A DNA stretch of 64,000 bases from a bacterium (GTDB lineage Bacteria > Electryoneota > JAOADG01): positions 3,872,001 through 3,936,000 of the forward strand of contig OY820579.1 in assembly GCA_963681965.1 (NCBI GenBank). The letters are read 5' to 3'. How positions within the stretch are numbered: the stretch's first letter is position 1; each line of letters starts with the position of its first letter. This document shows, piece after piece, positions 50,401 through 61,647 of the stretch. The translations under genes and the position numbers were made by a program. A model generated the notes under the pieces. The model did no database searches, was not told the DNA's origin, and was given only the letters and a program-made list of their open reading frames with translations.

Positions 50401-50576
50401 CCTACTCGACCACCTTCACTCATGTCAATGTCGTACGGTTCAGTCCACAGATGTATTATCAGGTGACAGCGTGGTACGGCAACAGTTCGGACGATTCGTT
50501 TGACCGCATCATTCGGACAATTCCAGTGGGTACGCCGGAAAGTGAAGTCATTCGCATATTGATGGGAACGCATTAG
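47442..50576 (+). CDS. Large secreted protein: nidogen-like N-terminus, parallel beta-helix, Ig-like domains
   Basis: GGPD..GYRW.D, FAPFWADL, FQAIL...GDI.FQY; NN-rich helix repeats; DIDGE.R..PDIGADE; ATG 47442 after GGAG. Confidence 0.75.
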   Translation: MSFEKYFRFVLLLILVFSSLAIASSNVNSHSETAITIANPLIPSSTDSYGGPDVLGYRWRDNNSDAYGPAYNWYDISSTGTAITFASGNDAIATIPIGFSFTYDGYAKTRVGVAIDGYLSFTDTTSDVPSNVAIPTSTSPNYMFAPFWADLYIGTTAPLGVKYRNVGTDTLVISWTTVKNTARTDTLRFQAILVRSGDILFQYNTVTNPASVIPSIGIENHSGQIGLQVAYNTAYATAGRVVRFTTRVLSGTKTVGRTTSDYPTIAAALTALYTDGVSQNGVTFDFEGGPFTTPFTVNPFPGMGTSNPVIFRGHNSVTLNPPVGSYAITLAGVQYVTIQDFIITDNSTGSGVARGGICITNSSVTTGSQNNTIKNCAITMRVSSTTDTSCGVIVKNSYAPSGSNGANSYNNFLNLKISKCNYGVYEQGSAYYLNVNNEYGSDSTGTGYSKRFTIGAAINDTIGGYTGYNGIYIQYANGVSIHDLDVCQVYGTGTELNVAGIYLTGLMSTSAIYNCRVHDINLAAATTRSCYGMLLSSAGTVNCYNNMIYGLYGMPATSSYYLRGFHTTNRVNFYNNSIVIDTLKPNISRSVSGSYCFSSYYGDVNMYNNILNNTQRNSILISVSSGTFNSDYNAFNFPSDNHFFINAYTDWAGWLAPNRDRHSVLGVPSFAGYTYPPDFHIQLNQSSSIVEGAGLHEALVTTDIDGEIRDTLSPDIGADEGSFAPILSTMNYPASISFNDTRTAHFDSVLVSIRQSQNRAFTFSNIQTSNNSVFSYRVVNSGSTINVRDTLQIWVRFKPDTTITYTDTLRVTISSPYNSVALPLNGRGNGYYVSMPASSMCFPNPLSPGQFASLELPVIVRGNSALDSAHWITLPSNAPFYVLPGTMSSLPVGNIVPSRLYFAPTTSGSFSAQVGLVSNAANGDTILMNVSGVAQSAVVTPGLGIAINEYNTVLNWSRPDTLVQYYLVYFRNSATIPWQYLTSTTGAYSTTFTHVNVVRFSPQMYYQVTAWYGNSSDDSFDRIIRTIPVGTPESEVIRILMGTH

Positions 50577-50689
50577 CGATAGGTGATGGGTAGTAGGTTT
50601 TGGGTGGTAGGAAAAGAAACAAGATAAAAGAAAAAAGATACAAGAACGGGCGGGCATGGGAGCCCGCCCCTACTGATTTATATTATGAA

Positions 50690-52729
50690 CTACTTTAATA
50701 GTAGAATTTTTCGAGTGGATGTTTGGTTTCCGGCTGTCAATTCGACAAAGTAAGTTCCACTCGCGATCCCCTTCCCATTAAACTGAATGGAGTGCATTCC
50801 GGGATTCATCGTCTCATTATTCACAATCTGTGCCACTTGACGACCCATCAAATCGAATACCGCAAGCTTTGCCGGCATTCGCGCCGGTAATTCGAACCGA
50901 ATGATCGTTTCGGAATTGAACGGATTCGGATAATTCGCCAGCATCGTGATTCGCGTTGGGAGCTTATTCGTTGCATGGTCGCGAACCGACATCGTCGGGA
51001 CGATCAGATCGGGTTCGCCATCACCAGCATCCAATATGCCGTTACCTGCCTGATAACGATATCTTTCCGGTCGCCACGGGTGGGTGTCTTCGGTATGACC
51101 GAGTAAGTTTGGATTCCATAAGGTATCGATGATCCCGTTGTTTTCCGACCCATCCGCATCGGGACCGGGATACATCCCGTAATATATCCCATCAATAATT
51201 ACGCTATCACCCGGAGATACGCCGTACAAACCGTCACTTCCAGTGTCTTCGCCATACCACCCATCGCCGTTGGGAAATTGCAGGGTGTGGGTGTCAACCA
51301 TCGGTAAATCCAAGCCGGGGCGGATCACGTTAGCAAACGCTCCAATCGAATTGAATTGATATTTCGTCGGATCCAGCGTGTTGCCTACTTGTGGATTGTT
51401 CTCATCGTGAAATCCCCAAGCGCCAAACACTACCAACGAAATGGCGGTACTTTCTCCGGGATAGAGACGGTAGACCGCACGACCCTGAGGATCATAATTA
51501 TTAAAAATTCCCAACGGTCCGAACGAGATCAGGAAGCGCGCATCGTAACCGTTCGCGATATCGGCATTATTTGCATCAGGCCGACGCCAGTTGTGCGATC
51601 GAGTAGTATCGGCGGGATCGGGTTGCGGATGTGCCGCGATCCAAGCAGTATCGTTCACACGATATTGATCGAAGTCGTGTTCGCCGTTGCTCATGATTAA
51701 ATATTTGCGGGTATCCCCCATCGGCGTGCCGATCACGTCGGGCCAGCGATTGGGCAATTCACCGTTGACAACACCATCCTGCCAGCTCGGACCGTAATCC
51801 AAATCGGAATTTCCGTTCGATATCCACCAATTATAACTGGTCCGACAATGCGGATTTGGATCTTGAAACAGTTTGACGCCCACTGCTCCGGCGCAGGTAA
51901 AATCGTGTCCGGAATTCACATCATGCGGTCGTCCGTCATTGTCGGCAATCCACGCGGTATTTATCAACGATGAATCGTTCGGACCGTTATAATAATAATC
52001 GATGAAGCCTGTGATGTCGTCGGTGTGGTAATTCACCTCATCGGTTCTGCCGACATCGCCATCGAAATAAAATCCCAGATAGACGTTCTTCAGATAGTTG
52101 GTGGAGATATTCTCGATATTGTAAGTAATGACGATAAAATCGCTGTGCCAGTCGCAGCTTAGCTGTGTGACTTTGATTCCGAGTGGGAAATGGGTACCGT
52201 CGATCACGTCGGTGGGAACATAAGGAGCAGCGATGCTCGTATCGGTGTAACAGCATGCCATGCTGTTCGGGGCATTCGTAACGTTGGTCTGGAAATTTGC
52301 ATCGGTTCCTTCTCCGGGACAAAACTCACCGCGCAAACGACCGGCGGGATTGACCCACCCATCGATTCCGACACTGACCCGGGGAAATTCCGAACCATTC
52401 TGCTGGACAAGAGCGCCGACCCAGATTCCACCAATGTAGAGATACTCGGTATTCGATCCGACCGGAAATTCAAGCGGAGGCGCCCAACCACCGTAGATCG
52501 GATCGGTCAGAGCGTTTGGGTCACTGGCACTTTCATTGCCAAAGAAACCGTAATTGGTAAAGTTCATCCGCATTGTAAACGTATGCTGAACGCGGTTTTG
52601 CATATTGGGATTGAACGGATTGATTTCGTCGATTGCGGAACTCCGTATCGGACCGCGGGGGTCTCCGAAGACAATAGATCCGAGCAGTAATAAAAGAAGC
52701 ATCGAAATAATTATTGGACGAAATGACAT
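50690..52729 (-). CDS. Secreted hypothetical protein with T9SS/FlgD-like C-terminal domain
   Basis: TNYGFFG, EFP.GS..EYLY.GGIWVGA, Asp/Gly-rich motifs; NYPNPFNS...ASGTYF...KILLLK. Confidence 0.82.
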   Translation of the reverse strand: MSFRPIIISMLLLLLLGSIVFGDPRGPIRSSAIDEINPFNPNMQNRVQHTFTMRMNFTNYGFFGNESASDPNALTDPIYGGWAPPLEFPVGSNTEYLYIGGIWVGALVQQNGSEFPRVSVGIDGWVNPAGRLRGEFCPGEGTDANFQTNVTNAPNSMACCYTDTSIAAPYVPTDVIDGTHFPLGIKVTQLSCDWHSDFIVITYNIENISTNYLKNVYLGFYFDGDVGRTDEVNYHTDDITGFIDYYYNGPNDSSLINTAWIADNDGRPHDVNSGHDFTCAGAVGVKLFQDPNPHCRTSYNWWISNGNSDLDYGPSWQDGVVNGELPNRWPDVIGTPMGDTRKYLIMSNGEHDFDQYRVNDTAWIAAHPQPDPADTTRSHNWRRPDANNADIANGYDARFLISFGPLGIFNNYDPQGRAVYRLYPGESTAISLVVFGAWGFHDENNPQVGNTLDPTKYQFNSIGAFANVIRPGLDLPMVDTHTLQFPNGDGWYGEDTGSDGLYGVSPGDSVIIDGIYYGMYPGPDADGSENNGIIDTLWNPNLLGHTEDTHPWRPERYRYQAGNGILDAGDGEPDLIVPTMSVRDHATNKLPTRITMLANYPNPFNSETIIRFELPARMPAKLAVFDLMGRQVAQIVNNETMNPGMHSIQFNGKGIASGTYFVELTAGNQTSTRKILLLK

Positions 52730-52957
52730 AAAACCTCCGGATTCGAAAATTGGTTCGATGGAGCCATTGCGAAAATATTTCGTCGATTGAAAATTTTTAT
52801 CGCGAATTTCAGTTCAGCGTGATTTTAGTGTTTGCCAATGATCAACAAATTGATGTATTCGTGAAAATATAAAAAGATTGCAAAAGAAAACACATTTCGA
52901 GAGATTTATTGAATCGTAATAAGTGGGGTAGCTCACATTTGATACCGTGTGGTACTC

Positions 52958-53093
52958 TTGGTGATTGGTATTTAGTGATTGGTGATTGGTGAAAGGATAA
53001 AAGATCCAATACAGGAGATGGGAGTTCGGTGGTGGGGGTTGGGAAAAGATGATAAGAAACAAGAACGGGCGGGCATGGGAGCCCGCCCCTACT
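52958..53093 (+). repeat. Heptamer tract (TTGGTGA-like) plus a REP hairpin
   Basis: TTGGTGA TTGGTAT TTAGTGA TTGGTGA TTGGTGA; GGGCGGGCATGGGAGCCCGCCCCTAC identical to the copy near 50648. Confidence 0.75.
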
Positions 53094-53141
53094 ATAGATA
53101 TTCAAAATTTCCATAACCGAGGAACCAAATACCCGGCTTTG

Positions 53142-54629
53142 TTAGAGCGAGAGCGGATCGGTTTCGAGTTCGACCAAGATATAGGGAATCGATTCCGCAA
53201 GCGACAAACTCTTCTGCCCGGCACGGAGTTGCAACCAGGTTTCACGCGCGATATGCGTATCATTCGGCACGGCGGCTTTCAACTCACTCTCGATCACCGA
53301 CGACATCAGTTTCGCCGTCAATGATCCAACCACAAGATCCTTCACCGACACTTCGTTCTTCGCCAATTCATCGGGACCGACAATCACCGCAAACCGAACA
53401 CCCATCGCATCGGCATAGGAGAGCATCTTCTTCAGATTCTTTTCCTTCCCGACATAGACTTCGGTTTTGATTCCGGCAATGCGATATTGTTTCGCGAGCA
53501 TGAACGCCTGCGCATGGGTGACGCCGAAGACCGGCAGGATCAGGACATCGGCGGTCGCTTTGCGCAATTTCACCGAACCCAATTCCACCAGCGCCATCAG
53601 CAATCGGTCGATACCGATCGATGCGCCGACTGCGGGAAGGGTCAGGTCGGAAAAGCGATTGACCAGACTGTCGTAACGACCACCGCTGAAGACCGCGCCG
53701 AATGCAGGAAGATCCACCAGCCAGCATTCAAAGACGGTACCGGTGTAATATGCCAGACCGCGCGCGATACTCGGATCGATCACAACTTCATCTTCGGGAA
53801 TTGCCATCGCATCGAGCAATTGATTCACTTCGATCAGTTGTGCAATACCCAGCTTGCCGATTTCGGTCGATTCCAATGGATGATTGTTCAATGCCGCCAA
53901 TGTCGCACTGCGGGTGTCTGCCGGAATTTTCAGAAAATCGGTGATCTTGGAAATTTGTTCCGGTTCCAGATTGAGTCCATGGATTTTATCGCCGCTCGCG
54001 TCAATCCTCCCACTCCCCAATTCCTTCGCGACGCCGTCGACACCGATCCGGTCGAATTTGTCGAGAACGCGCAATACGTCGGCTTCGCGATCTTTCGCGA
54101 TTCCGGCGACTTCGCAGAGACCGGAGAGAATTTTCCGATTTGAGAATCGAATGCGCGCTTTGACACCGAGCGTCTGGAACAACTCGAACATGATGCAGAG
54201 GACTTCGGCATCGGCAGCCATTTTATCGGTACCGACGATATCCAGATCCATTTGAATGAATTCGCGGAAACGTCCCGGTCCCGGTTTATCGACACGGAAG
54301 ACACTCGCTACTTGCCAGCGCCGGAACGGTTTGGCGATCTCGGGATATTGCGATACGACCCGTGCAAGCGGCACCGTCAGATCGAATCGGAGCGCCATCG
54401 GGGTTTCTTCGGGACCGATGAAATGAAAGATCGTTGCCGCGCCTTCGCTGCCATAGGCATCGCCGGTCAGGACATCGCGATGTTCCAGCGTCGGCGTCTC
54501 GAGCGGCAAGAAACCGTACCGTTCGTAGATCTTCTGACACTGTTCAATCAGTTCGCGACGTGCCCGGGTAATCTCCGGCATCAAGTCGCGAAACCCTTTC
54601 AATAACCGCGGTTGTATTCGATCCGCCAT
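53142..54629 (-). CDS. hisS: Histidine--tRNA ligase
   Basis: KGFRDLMP, ALRFDLTVPLAR, GRFREFIQ.D.D, ARGLAYYTG, GGRYD, GASIGIDRL. Confidence 0.97.
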   Translation of the reverse strand: MADRIQPRLLKGFRDLMPEITRARRELIEQCQKIYERYGFLPLETPTLEHRDVLTGDAYGSEGAATIFHFIGPEETPMALRFDLTVPLARVVSQYPEIAKPFRRWQVASVFRVDKPGPGRFREFIQMDLDIVGTDKMAADAEVLCIMFELFQTLGVKARIRFSNRKILSGLCEVAGIAKDREADVLRVLDKFDRIGVDGVAKELGSGRIDASGDKIHGLNLEPEQISKITDFLKIPADTRSATLAALNNHPLESTEIGKLGIAQLIEVNQLLDAMAIPEDEVVIDPSIARGLAYYTGTVFECWLVDLPAFGAVFSGGRYDSLVNRFSDLTLPAVGASIGIDRLLMALVELGSVKLRKATADVLILPVFGVTHAQAFMLAKQYRIAGIKTEVYVGKEKNLKKMLSYADAMGVRFAVIVGPDELAKNEVSVKDLVVGSLTAKLMSSVIESELKAAVPNDTHIARETWLQLRAGQKSLSLAESIPYILVELETDPLSL

Positions 54630-54786
54630 CTCAATTCCTTTTCCGAACTTATTCCGTTCCGCAATCAACTACGGAAGCGACAAGCTACCGATTGAAAATC
54701 AATTTACACCGTGCGGTATTTAAATCAAAGTACTGGCGAAACTGTTTTTTTTGTGTCAACCGCTCGCAGCTGTGTTTTCCCAATAC

Positions 54787-54834
54787 TTGCATTTGCCACA
54801 AAAAAGGATTATAATTTTTGATACCAAGTATCAA
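54787..54834 (+). promoter_or_regulatory. sigma70 promoter with a Fur-family-like operator at the start site
   Basis: TTGCAT-N17-TATAAT (54787-54815), then the palindrome TTGATAC-CAA-GTATCAA (54818-54834). Confidence 0.72.
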
Positions 54835-54846
54835 TTTTCAGGAAAA

Positions 54847-55281
54847 ATGGTCTCCGAATTTAAAGCAGCCGGTCTCTCGTCGACACGTGTTCGTATTGCA
54901 ATCTTATCTGCGATACGAGCTTCTCGCACGCCACTTTCGGCTGAAGCTGTGGGGGAAGAATTGACGCGTAGTGGATGCACGATCGGTCGGGCGTCGCTGT
55001 TTCGAAATTTGGATTTATTTCGTTCCGCCGGTTTGATTGAGCGGATCGAAACGGGAAATCGTGGCAACCAGTATCTGGCAAAATGCAGTGGGAATCATCA
55101 TCATCACCACATTCTCTGCGAAAAATGCCGGAGCATCGAACCAGTCGATATCTGTCTCTCGACTGCGATGTTGAAAACGATCGAGCAATCGACCGACTAC
55201 CGCGTGACGGGTCATTCCCTGATGCTGTACGGGTTGTGCCGAAAGTGTCGCAAACGAAAGCAATCGCGAAGGACCGACTAA
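54847..55281 (+). CDS. Fur-family metalloregulator (Zur/Nur-like)
   Basis: ASLFRNLDLF...HHHHHILCEKC...LYGLCRKC; start reassigned to lie downstream of the promoter. Confidence 0.88.
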   Translation: MVSEFKAAGLSSTRVRIAILSAIRASRTPLSAEAVGEELTRSGCTIGRASLFRNLDLFRSAGLIERIETGNRGNQYLAKCSGNHHHHHILCEKCRSIEPVDICLSTAMLKTIEQSTDYRVTGHSLMLYGLCRKCRKRKQSRRTD

Positions 55282-55284
55282 ACA

Positions 55285-56046
55285 ATGGAACTTGAATTAG
55301 GCACTCCGCTGCTGGTAGCATTCCTAATGGGTGGCTTGCATGTGCTCGAACCGGTGCATGGGCGATCGATCTTTCACGCGATTTTGGTCGGCAGCAGCAA
55401 ATCGGTCTGGCGGGTCATCCGCTTCGGTGCCGCAGTAACGATCAGTCATATTCTCACGGCAATTCTTCTGGCGCTGGCGGCAGTGCTGCTGAGTCATCAA
55501 TTCGGATACGAACAATTATCGCGCGGTGGACAAATATTCGGTGTAACGCTATCGCTGGGTATCGGGTTCGGGATGTTGTACAATTCTCTTCGCAAACAGG
55601 CACAGAAAAAAGCGAGCGATTGTCATTGCAGCTGTCATCATGTCGCAGCCGTAGACGATGGAACTGAACACACACCTGCCGATGCGCACGATCATCATCA
55701 CGATCACGACAATCACGACGATGGTCACCACCACGACCACGGCACCGGTTCCGCGACATTGTTGGGGATTTCCGGCGGTCTGATTCCGTGCAGTTCGTCG
55801 ATTGCGATCTTGATGTTGTCGATCAGTACCGGAAAGATTGCACTCGGATTGGCTGCGATGCTGGTCTTCGGCTTGGGCTTGGGTGTCACACTAACAGTCG
55901 TCGGAATGATTACCGTGTACACCAGTCATTTATTATCATTTTTAGACAGCAAACGGTACCAGCGCATTATGGTCTATACACCCGCTATTGTTATTATTCT
56001 AACTTCGGTCATTTCACTCATCTTAATTCTATTCTATCCTGAGTAA
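55285..56046 (+). CDS. RcnA/HoxN-like nickel/cobalt transporter with a His-rich loop
   Basis: GGLHVLEPVHG, SH, His/Asp-rich linker, GISGGLIPC, FGLG. Confidence 0.85.
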   Translation: MELELGTPLLVAFLMGGLHVLEPVHGRSIFHAILVGSSKSVWRVIRFGAAVTISHILTAILLALAAVLLSHQFGYEQLSRGGQIFGVTLSLGIGFGMLYNSLRKQAQKKASDCHCSCHHVAAVDDGTEHTPADAHDHHHDHDNHDDGHHHDHGTGSATLLGISGGLIPCSSSIAILMLSISTGKIALGLAAMLVFGLGLGVTLTVVGMITVYTSHLLSFLDSKRYQRIMVYTPAIVIILTSVISLILILFYPE

Positions 56047-56049
56047 ATA

Positions 56050-56163
56050 TAGTGTTTCTTGAAAATAAGTTGTTATGATTCGGTGTCAAGTTTCGCCTGA
56101 CCTGCGGGCGAATGCGGGGATCCGCCCCAACTTCCGATAACAACTTATTTTCACGAGATACTA
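56050..56163. mobile_element. 114-bp MITE-like element with 27-bp TIRs, flanked by TA
   Basis: TAGTGTTTCTTGAAAATAAGTTGTTAT / ATAACAACTTATTTTCACGAGATACTA (24/27 complementary). Confidence 0.78.
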
Positions 56164-56355
56164 TATACCCAACCATGATTGTGCTCTATGAGTACTCTCC
56201 GGGTAGATCTTCAGTGTCTCCAACGAGATTTGCGCCAGAATCTTACAGAATAGTTTGTTAGGAATCGACGGTTGCGACAAAGCCGAATCGAAAGCAACCG
56301 GGACGTCAGGAACCCTTGTCTGGATTCCAATGGTGCCGTATCTTGAGCTGCTTGA

Positions 56356-57651
<1,296 letters not shown>

Positions 57652-57698
57652 CCTACGAATTGCAGTTCGATCTCGTATTAATCTATGTATCACTCAGA

Positions 57699-57735
57699 TG
57701 GCGCAGGTTATTCAACTGATCTGCGCCACTTTTTT
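57699..57735 (+). terminator. Intrinsic terminator after eno
   Basis: TGGCGCAG...CTGCGCCA followed by a T run. Confidence 0.7.
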
Positions 57736-57774
57736 CACTGGAATCTTACCAACTTCTAACCCGACGAGACTAGC

Positions 57775-58791
57775 ATGCGTTACACGATCATTGGAGCCGG
57801 TGCTGCTGGCTTAGCCGCAGTACGAGCGATTTATCGCGAAGAACCAACCGCCACGATCACCGTGATTTCTTCGGAACCTGCACCGTTTTATTTCCGTCCG
57901 ATGCTGGTTGAACTTTTCCAACGCGACCAATTTTCGCACGATACCGCGAAACCACCGCAATCGCTGGAATCGATCCAGTGGCGGGTGGGTGCGAATGTCT
58001 CCAGTCTCGATCCACAATCCAACACCGTTACTTTGAGTACCGGTGAAAAAATCGGTTACGATTTTCTGATTATCGCCTCCGGCTCGATTCCCGATCTCGA
58101 ATTCATTGCACCATTCTGGTTACCAATCCATACCGTGCACAACTTTGCCAGCGTGGCGCGACTGAAACGCGTTCTCGGTTCCGGCGAAGTACTGGTCATC
58201 GGCGGTGGGTATGTCGCGATCGAAATTATCCGGCAATTACATAACCGGGGCAATAAGATTCATTTCTTCACCCGTTCCGACTTATTGTGGAAGCGTGAAT
58301 TGCCGGGCGTCAGCGAAAAAGATATCGTCGAGTTGCTGAATGGAGTTGGCGTATCGCCGCAATTCGATACCGAAATCGTCGATGCGATCGACCTCAACGG
58401 TCAGCATATTGCGATTATCGACAATCATGGTAAGACGACTACTGTCGAAGCGGTGATTGCAGTCCCCGAAGAAGTGCCGAATATCGAATTTCTGAATGGT
58501 TCGGGGATCGGTTGCGACGAGGGAATCCTCGTGAACGAAGAGTTGAGAACGAATATCCCCAATGTGTTTGCTTGTGGCGATTGTGCTCAAGTACTCGATG
58601 TGAAAAATCAGATCAACCGAATCAATTTCGGCTGGCGCAGCGCGGAAAAGCAGGGTGAGATTGCCGGCAGGAACGCAGCAGGCAAGGCAACCGTTTATAT
58701 ACCAAACTCGGAAGATTTCTACTTCCTCGACCTCTTGGGAAAGAATCTGTTGGATCGCTGGGCTAATCTCGAATCACGTGCGGAAGAATAA
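57775..58791 (+). CDS. FAD/NAD(P)-dependent oxidoreductase (pyridine nucleotide-disulfide family)
   Basis: IIGAGAAG, VIGGGYVAIE, TNIPNVFACGD. Confidence 0.88.
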   Translation: MRYTIIGAGAAGLAAVRAIYREEPTATITVISSEPAPFYFRPMLVELFQRDQFSHDTAKPPQSLESIQWRVGANVSSLDPQSNTVTLSTGEKIGYDFLIIASGSIPDLEFIAPFWLPIHTVHNFASVARLKRVLGSGEVLVIGGGYVAIEIIRQLHNRGNKIHFFTRSDLLWKRELPGVSEKDIVELLNGVGVSPQFDTEIVDAIDLNGQHIAIIDNHGKTTTVEAVIAVPEEVPNIEFLNGSGIGCDEGILVNEELRTNIPNVFACGDCAQVLDVKNQINRINFGWRSAEKQGEIAGRNAAGKATVYIPNSEDFYFLDLLGKNLLDRWANLESRAEE

Positions 58792-58887
58792 TATTTATCT
58801 AAAATATGTTATATTCTAACGTCAAAGTACTACTACAATTACGACTGACACACCGTATCACAAACATAGAAACATGAGTGGTGTTGT

Positions 58888-59466
58888 ATGCAATCAATTT
58901 TTCGGATCTTGTCGGTACCCTTCGCAATCTGCGTTTTCGGCTTCTTTTCAGCGAGTTCCGCCGAAATTGGCTCGCAATCGGTACAAACCCTACAAGGTGA
59001 AAAAGTTATCATAGGTTCGGGTGGCGCAATGCCTCAAGTCGTGTTCGTATTGGCTACCCGCTGCCCGATCTCGAATGCTTACAACGACCGAATGATGGCT
59101 CTTGCAACCGATTCAGTTTTTGCCAATAAGATTCGCTTTGTCGGACTTAATCCGAACGAAACCGAAAACAACGAAGAAGTTCGACACCACGCAACCGAAA
59201 ACAATATCACTTTTCCGATCTATCGCGACCCGACTTACAATATCATCGAGGCGTGGAAAATCAAAGTTACCCCCGAAGTATTTTTATTCGACAAAGGCGG
59301 TAAACTCGTCTATCACGGACGTATCGACGACAATCAGGATCTGAAAAAGATCAAGAGCAACGATTTGCGCACTGCAATCGAACGACTGCTTGCCGGAAAA
59401 TCAGTACTGGTCAGTGAAACTCATCCTTTTGGCTGCTCGATCAAACGACTAACACACTCGAAATGA
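58888..59466 (+). CDS. Exported thioredoxin-like/redoxin protein
   Basis: TRCPISNAY, TPEVFLFD, YHGRIDD, GCSIK. Confidence 0.85.
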   Translation: MQSIFRILSVPFAICVFGFFSASSAEIGSQSVQTLQGEKVIIGSGGAMPQVVFVLATRCPISNAYNDRMMALATDSVFANKIRFVGLNPNETENNEEVRHHATENNITFPIYRDPTYNIIEAWKIKVTPEVFLFDKGGKLVYHGRIDDNQDLKKIKSNDLRTAIERLLAGKSVLVSETHPFGCSIKRLTHSK

Positions 59467-60173
59467 TTACACTATACCACCCCGAATTGGATTTAGCCAC
59501 TTCTATTTGCGACGATCTTCCCGAGCAAGAGCGAAAACATCTGCGCTCACTCCGGGTCGGAATCGGTGAAGCAATCCGATTGGTTAATGGTCGTGGTTCG
59601 GCGTTAGAAGGGGTTCTCACCGACTTTTCGGCACATAAGTGCGCGATCGGCGATTTGGTTCACGTGTCGGCATTCGAACCGAATGGCGAGCGAATCATGG
59701 TCATTGGAAAAATTACCGAGTCGAAATTGGAGTGGGCGATCGAGGCATTGACACCGCTCGGTATGACACAGCTTTGGGTGGTCAATTCCGAATACTCGCA
59801 GCCAGTGACGTTGCGACACGACCGGTTGGAACGAATTGCCATCGCGGCAATGAAACAGTGTCGACGATCGCTGTTACCGACAATCCATTTAGGTTCATCC
59901 GATTCTGGCGTATCGCTCCCGCAATTGTTCGCTGCAATCGGACCACACAATTCGAATTACCACCGATTTCTTGCCGACTGCGACGGTTCGCCTATCGGCA
60001 GCATTGGAAAAATCAATCACTCCGATTCCATTTTCGCCATTGGTCCGGAAGGGGGATTCACAACCTCCGAGATTTCGTCGTTCGTGGATGAGGGATTTAA
60101 AAAAATCTCATTCGGCGACCGTATCCTTCGTGCCGAACTAGCTGCTACCGTTGCCCTTGCGACATTACTATAG
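59463..60173 (+). CDS. rsmE: 16S rRNA m3U1498 methyltransferase
   Basis: HLRSLRV, AAMKQCRR, IGPEGGF, GDRILRAE. Confidence 0.92.
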   Translation: MITLYHPELDLATSICDDLPEQERKHLRSLRVGIGEAIRLVNGRGSALEGVLTDFSAHKCAIGDLVHVSAFEPNGERIMVIGKITESKLEWAIEALTPLGMTQLWVVNSEYSQPVTLRHDRLERIAIAAMKQCRRSLLPTIHLGSSDSGVSLPQLFAAIGPHNSNYHRFLADCDGSPIGSIGKINHSDSIFAIGPEGGFTTSEISSFVDEGFKKISFGDRILRAELAATVALATLL

Positions 60174-60417
60174 CACTTCTTGAAAATAAGTTGACATGAT
60201 TCGGTGTCGAATAAATACAATTGTGTGCGGGCGGGCGTGGGAACCCACCCCTACTGAAAAAATGGGTGATAGGTGGTAGGAGTTGGGTAATGGGAAAAGA
60301 TAAATAATGATGCAAGAACGCAGGCTCGGAGGCTTGCGCCACCAAACAATAAAAGAACGGGCGGGCGCAGGGACCCGCCCCTACTTTCGATAACAATTAA
60401 TCTTCAAGAAATACACT
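60171..60417. mobile_element. Expanded copy of the TIR element (about 247 bp) filled with REP hairpins
   Basis: TAGCACTTCTTGAAAATAAGTTGACATGATTCGGTGTC ... ATAACAATTAATCTTCAAGAAATACACT. Confidence 0.68.
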
Positions 60418-60465
60418 CACATTATTGATCGAAGTCAGCTATCTTCTACTTCGCCGTTTTTTTTC

Positions 60466-61647
60466 TCACCGATACAACCGATTTCGTTCCACTCTTTTAA
60501 ACAATCCCCGATACCGTAGCGTCGCCAATCCAGCATACAATACGCATAGCAGCGCTAAGTGAATTATTAGCGGCAATACCGGTTTCAATCCGGCGTTCAT
60601 CACGGCAATTCGTTGAAAGCTGGTGAGAAATGGCGCTGTCGGGAAGAGTGCTGACAACCACCGCAACGGCTGCGGCATCGCGAATGCAGGCCAGGTGTAG
60701 CCAGTCAGCAGAAAGAAGGGGTAAGAGCAAAATACCCCGATCGATAATGCCTGTAATTTCGACTGGAAAAAGCTCGCCATAAACAGACCGAAAAGCAACG
60801 TCGCGATCAACCATAATCCAACCATTACCAGCAATAATCCAGCATTCCCCGCAATGGGAATTGCGAACATTCGGAAGAATACCACTCCGAAAAACAGTGT
60901 ATAGATAAAAGTAATCAGAAAATATGGGACAATTTTTCCGGTCAGTATTCCCGCAATATGTCCTGAACCGGCTTTGCGCCATTCTCCGATTGTGCGCTGT
61001 TCGCGCTCGCGACCGATACTTTCCAATAAGGCAAACAATAGTGTTTGATGCAGAATCAGAACCAGTAGACAGGGCAGCAAGAAGTCGCCGTACGTTTCAG
61101 GTGGCACGAACAGCGAACGCATATCGATTCGAATCGGTTCGAATGAATTCATTGTCTGATTGACCGACAGACCACTGGTTTCCATCCGCTTGATTCGAAT
61201 TCCGGCATCGATCGTGCCAACCACTTCGGTGACTGAGCGGTTGATATCGTTCCCGATCAAAAACCGGCTCACATTGATGTAAGTGCCGATCTCAGCGGCT
61301 TGACTACTTTTGACCAATCGTGAAAAATCACTGGGGATCCAGACAATTCCGTACACTTTCAACTGGTTGAATGCTTGTGTTGCAGCGGCGAAATCCGGTT
61401 CAACCCGCTCGACCCGCAGCAGCGAATGACAATTCAAATTCCGGACGATCATACGGGATAATTCGCTATGGTCGTCATCGATCACCACGATCGGCACTTT
61501 CGTTTCGGTCTTATTGTAGTAGATCGTACCGAAAAACATGACATACATCAACGGCGAAAACAATAAGATCAGGATTATGTTTCGATCGCCGGTAATTCGT
61601 TGCCATTCGCGACGAGCGGTTTTCATCGAATGATTGAAGTAATTCAT
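60466..61647 (-). CDS. ABC-2 type permease
   Basis: VIDDDHSELSR, YGDFLLP, LTGYTWP..AMP; start at the TGATG overlap. Confidence 0.88.
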   Translation of the reverse strand: MNYFNHSMKTARREWQRITGDRNIILILLFSPLMYVMFFGTIYYNKTETKVPIVVIDDDHSELSRMIVRNLNCHSLLRVERVEPDFAAATQAFNQLKVYGIVWIPSDFSRLVKSSQAAEIGTYINVSRFLIGNDINRSVTEVVGTIDAGIRIKRMETSGLSVNQTMNSFEPIRIDMRSLFVPPETYGDFLLPCLLVLILHQTLLFALLESIGREREQRTIGEWRKAGSGHIAGILTGKIVPYFLITFIYTLFFGVVFFRMFAIPIAGNAGLLLVMVGLWLIATLLFGLFMASFFQSKLQALSIGVFCSYPFFLLTGYTWPAFAMPQPLRWLSALFPTAPFLTSFQRIAVMNAGLKPVLPLIIHLALLCVLYAGLATLRYRGLFKRVERNRLYR

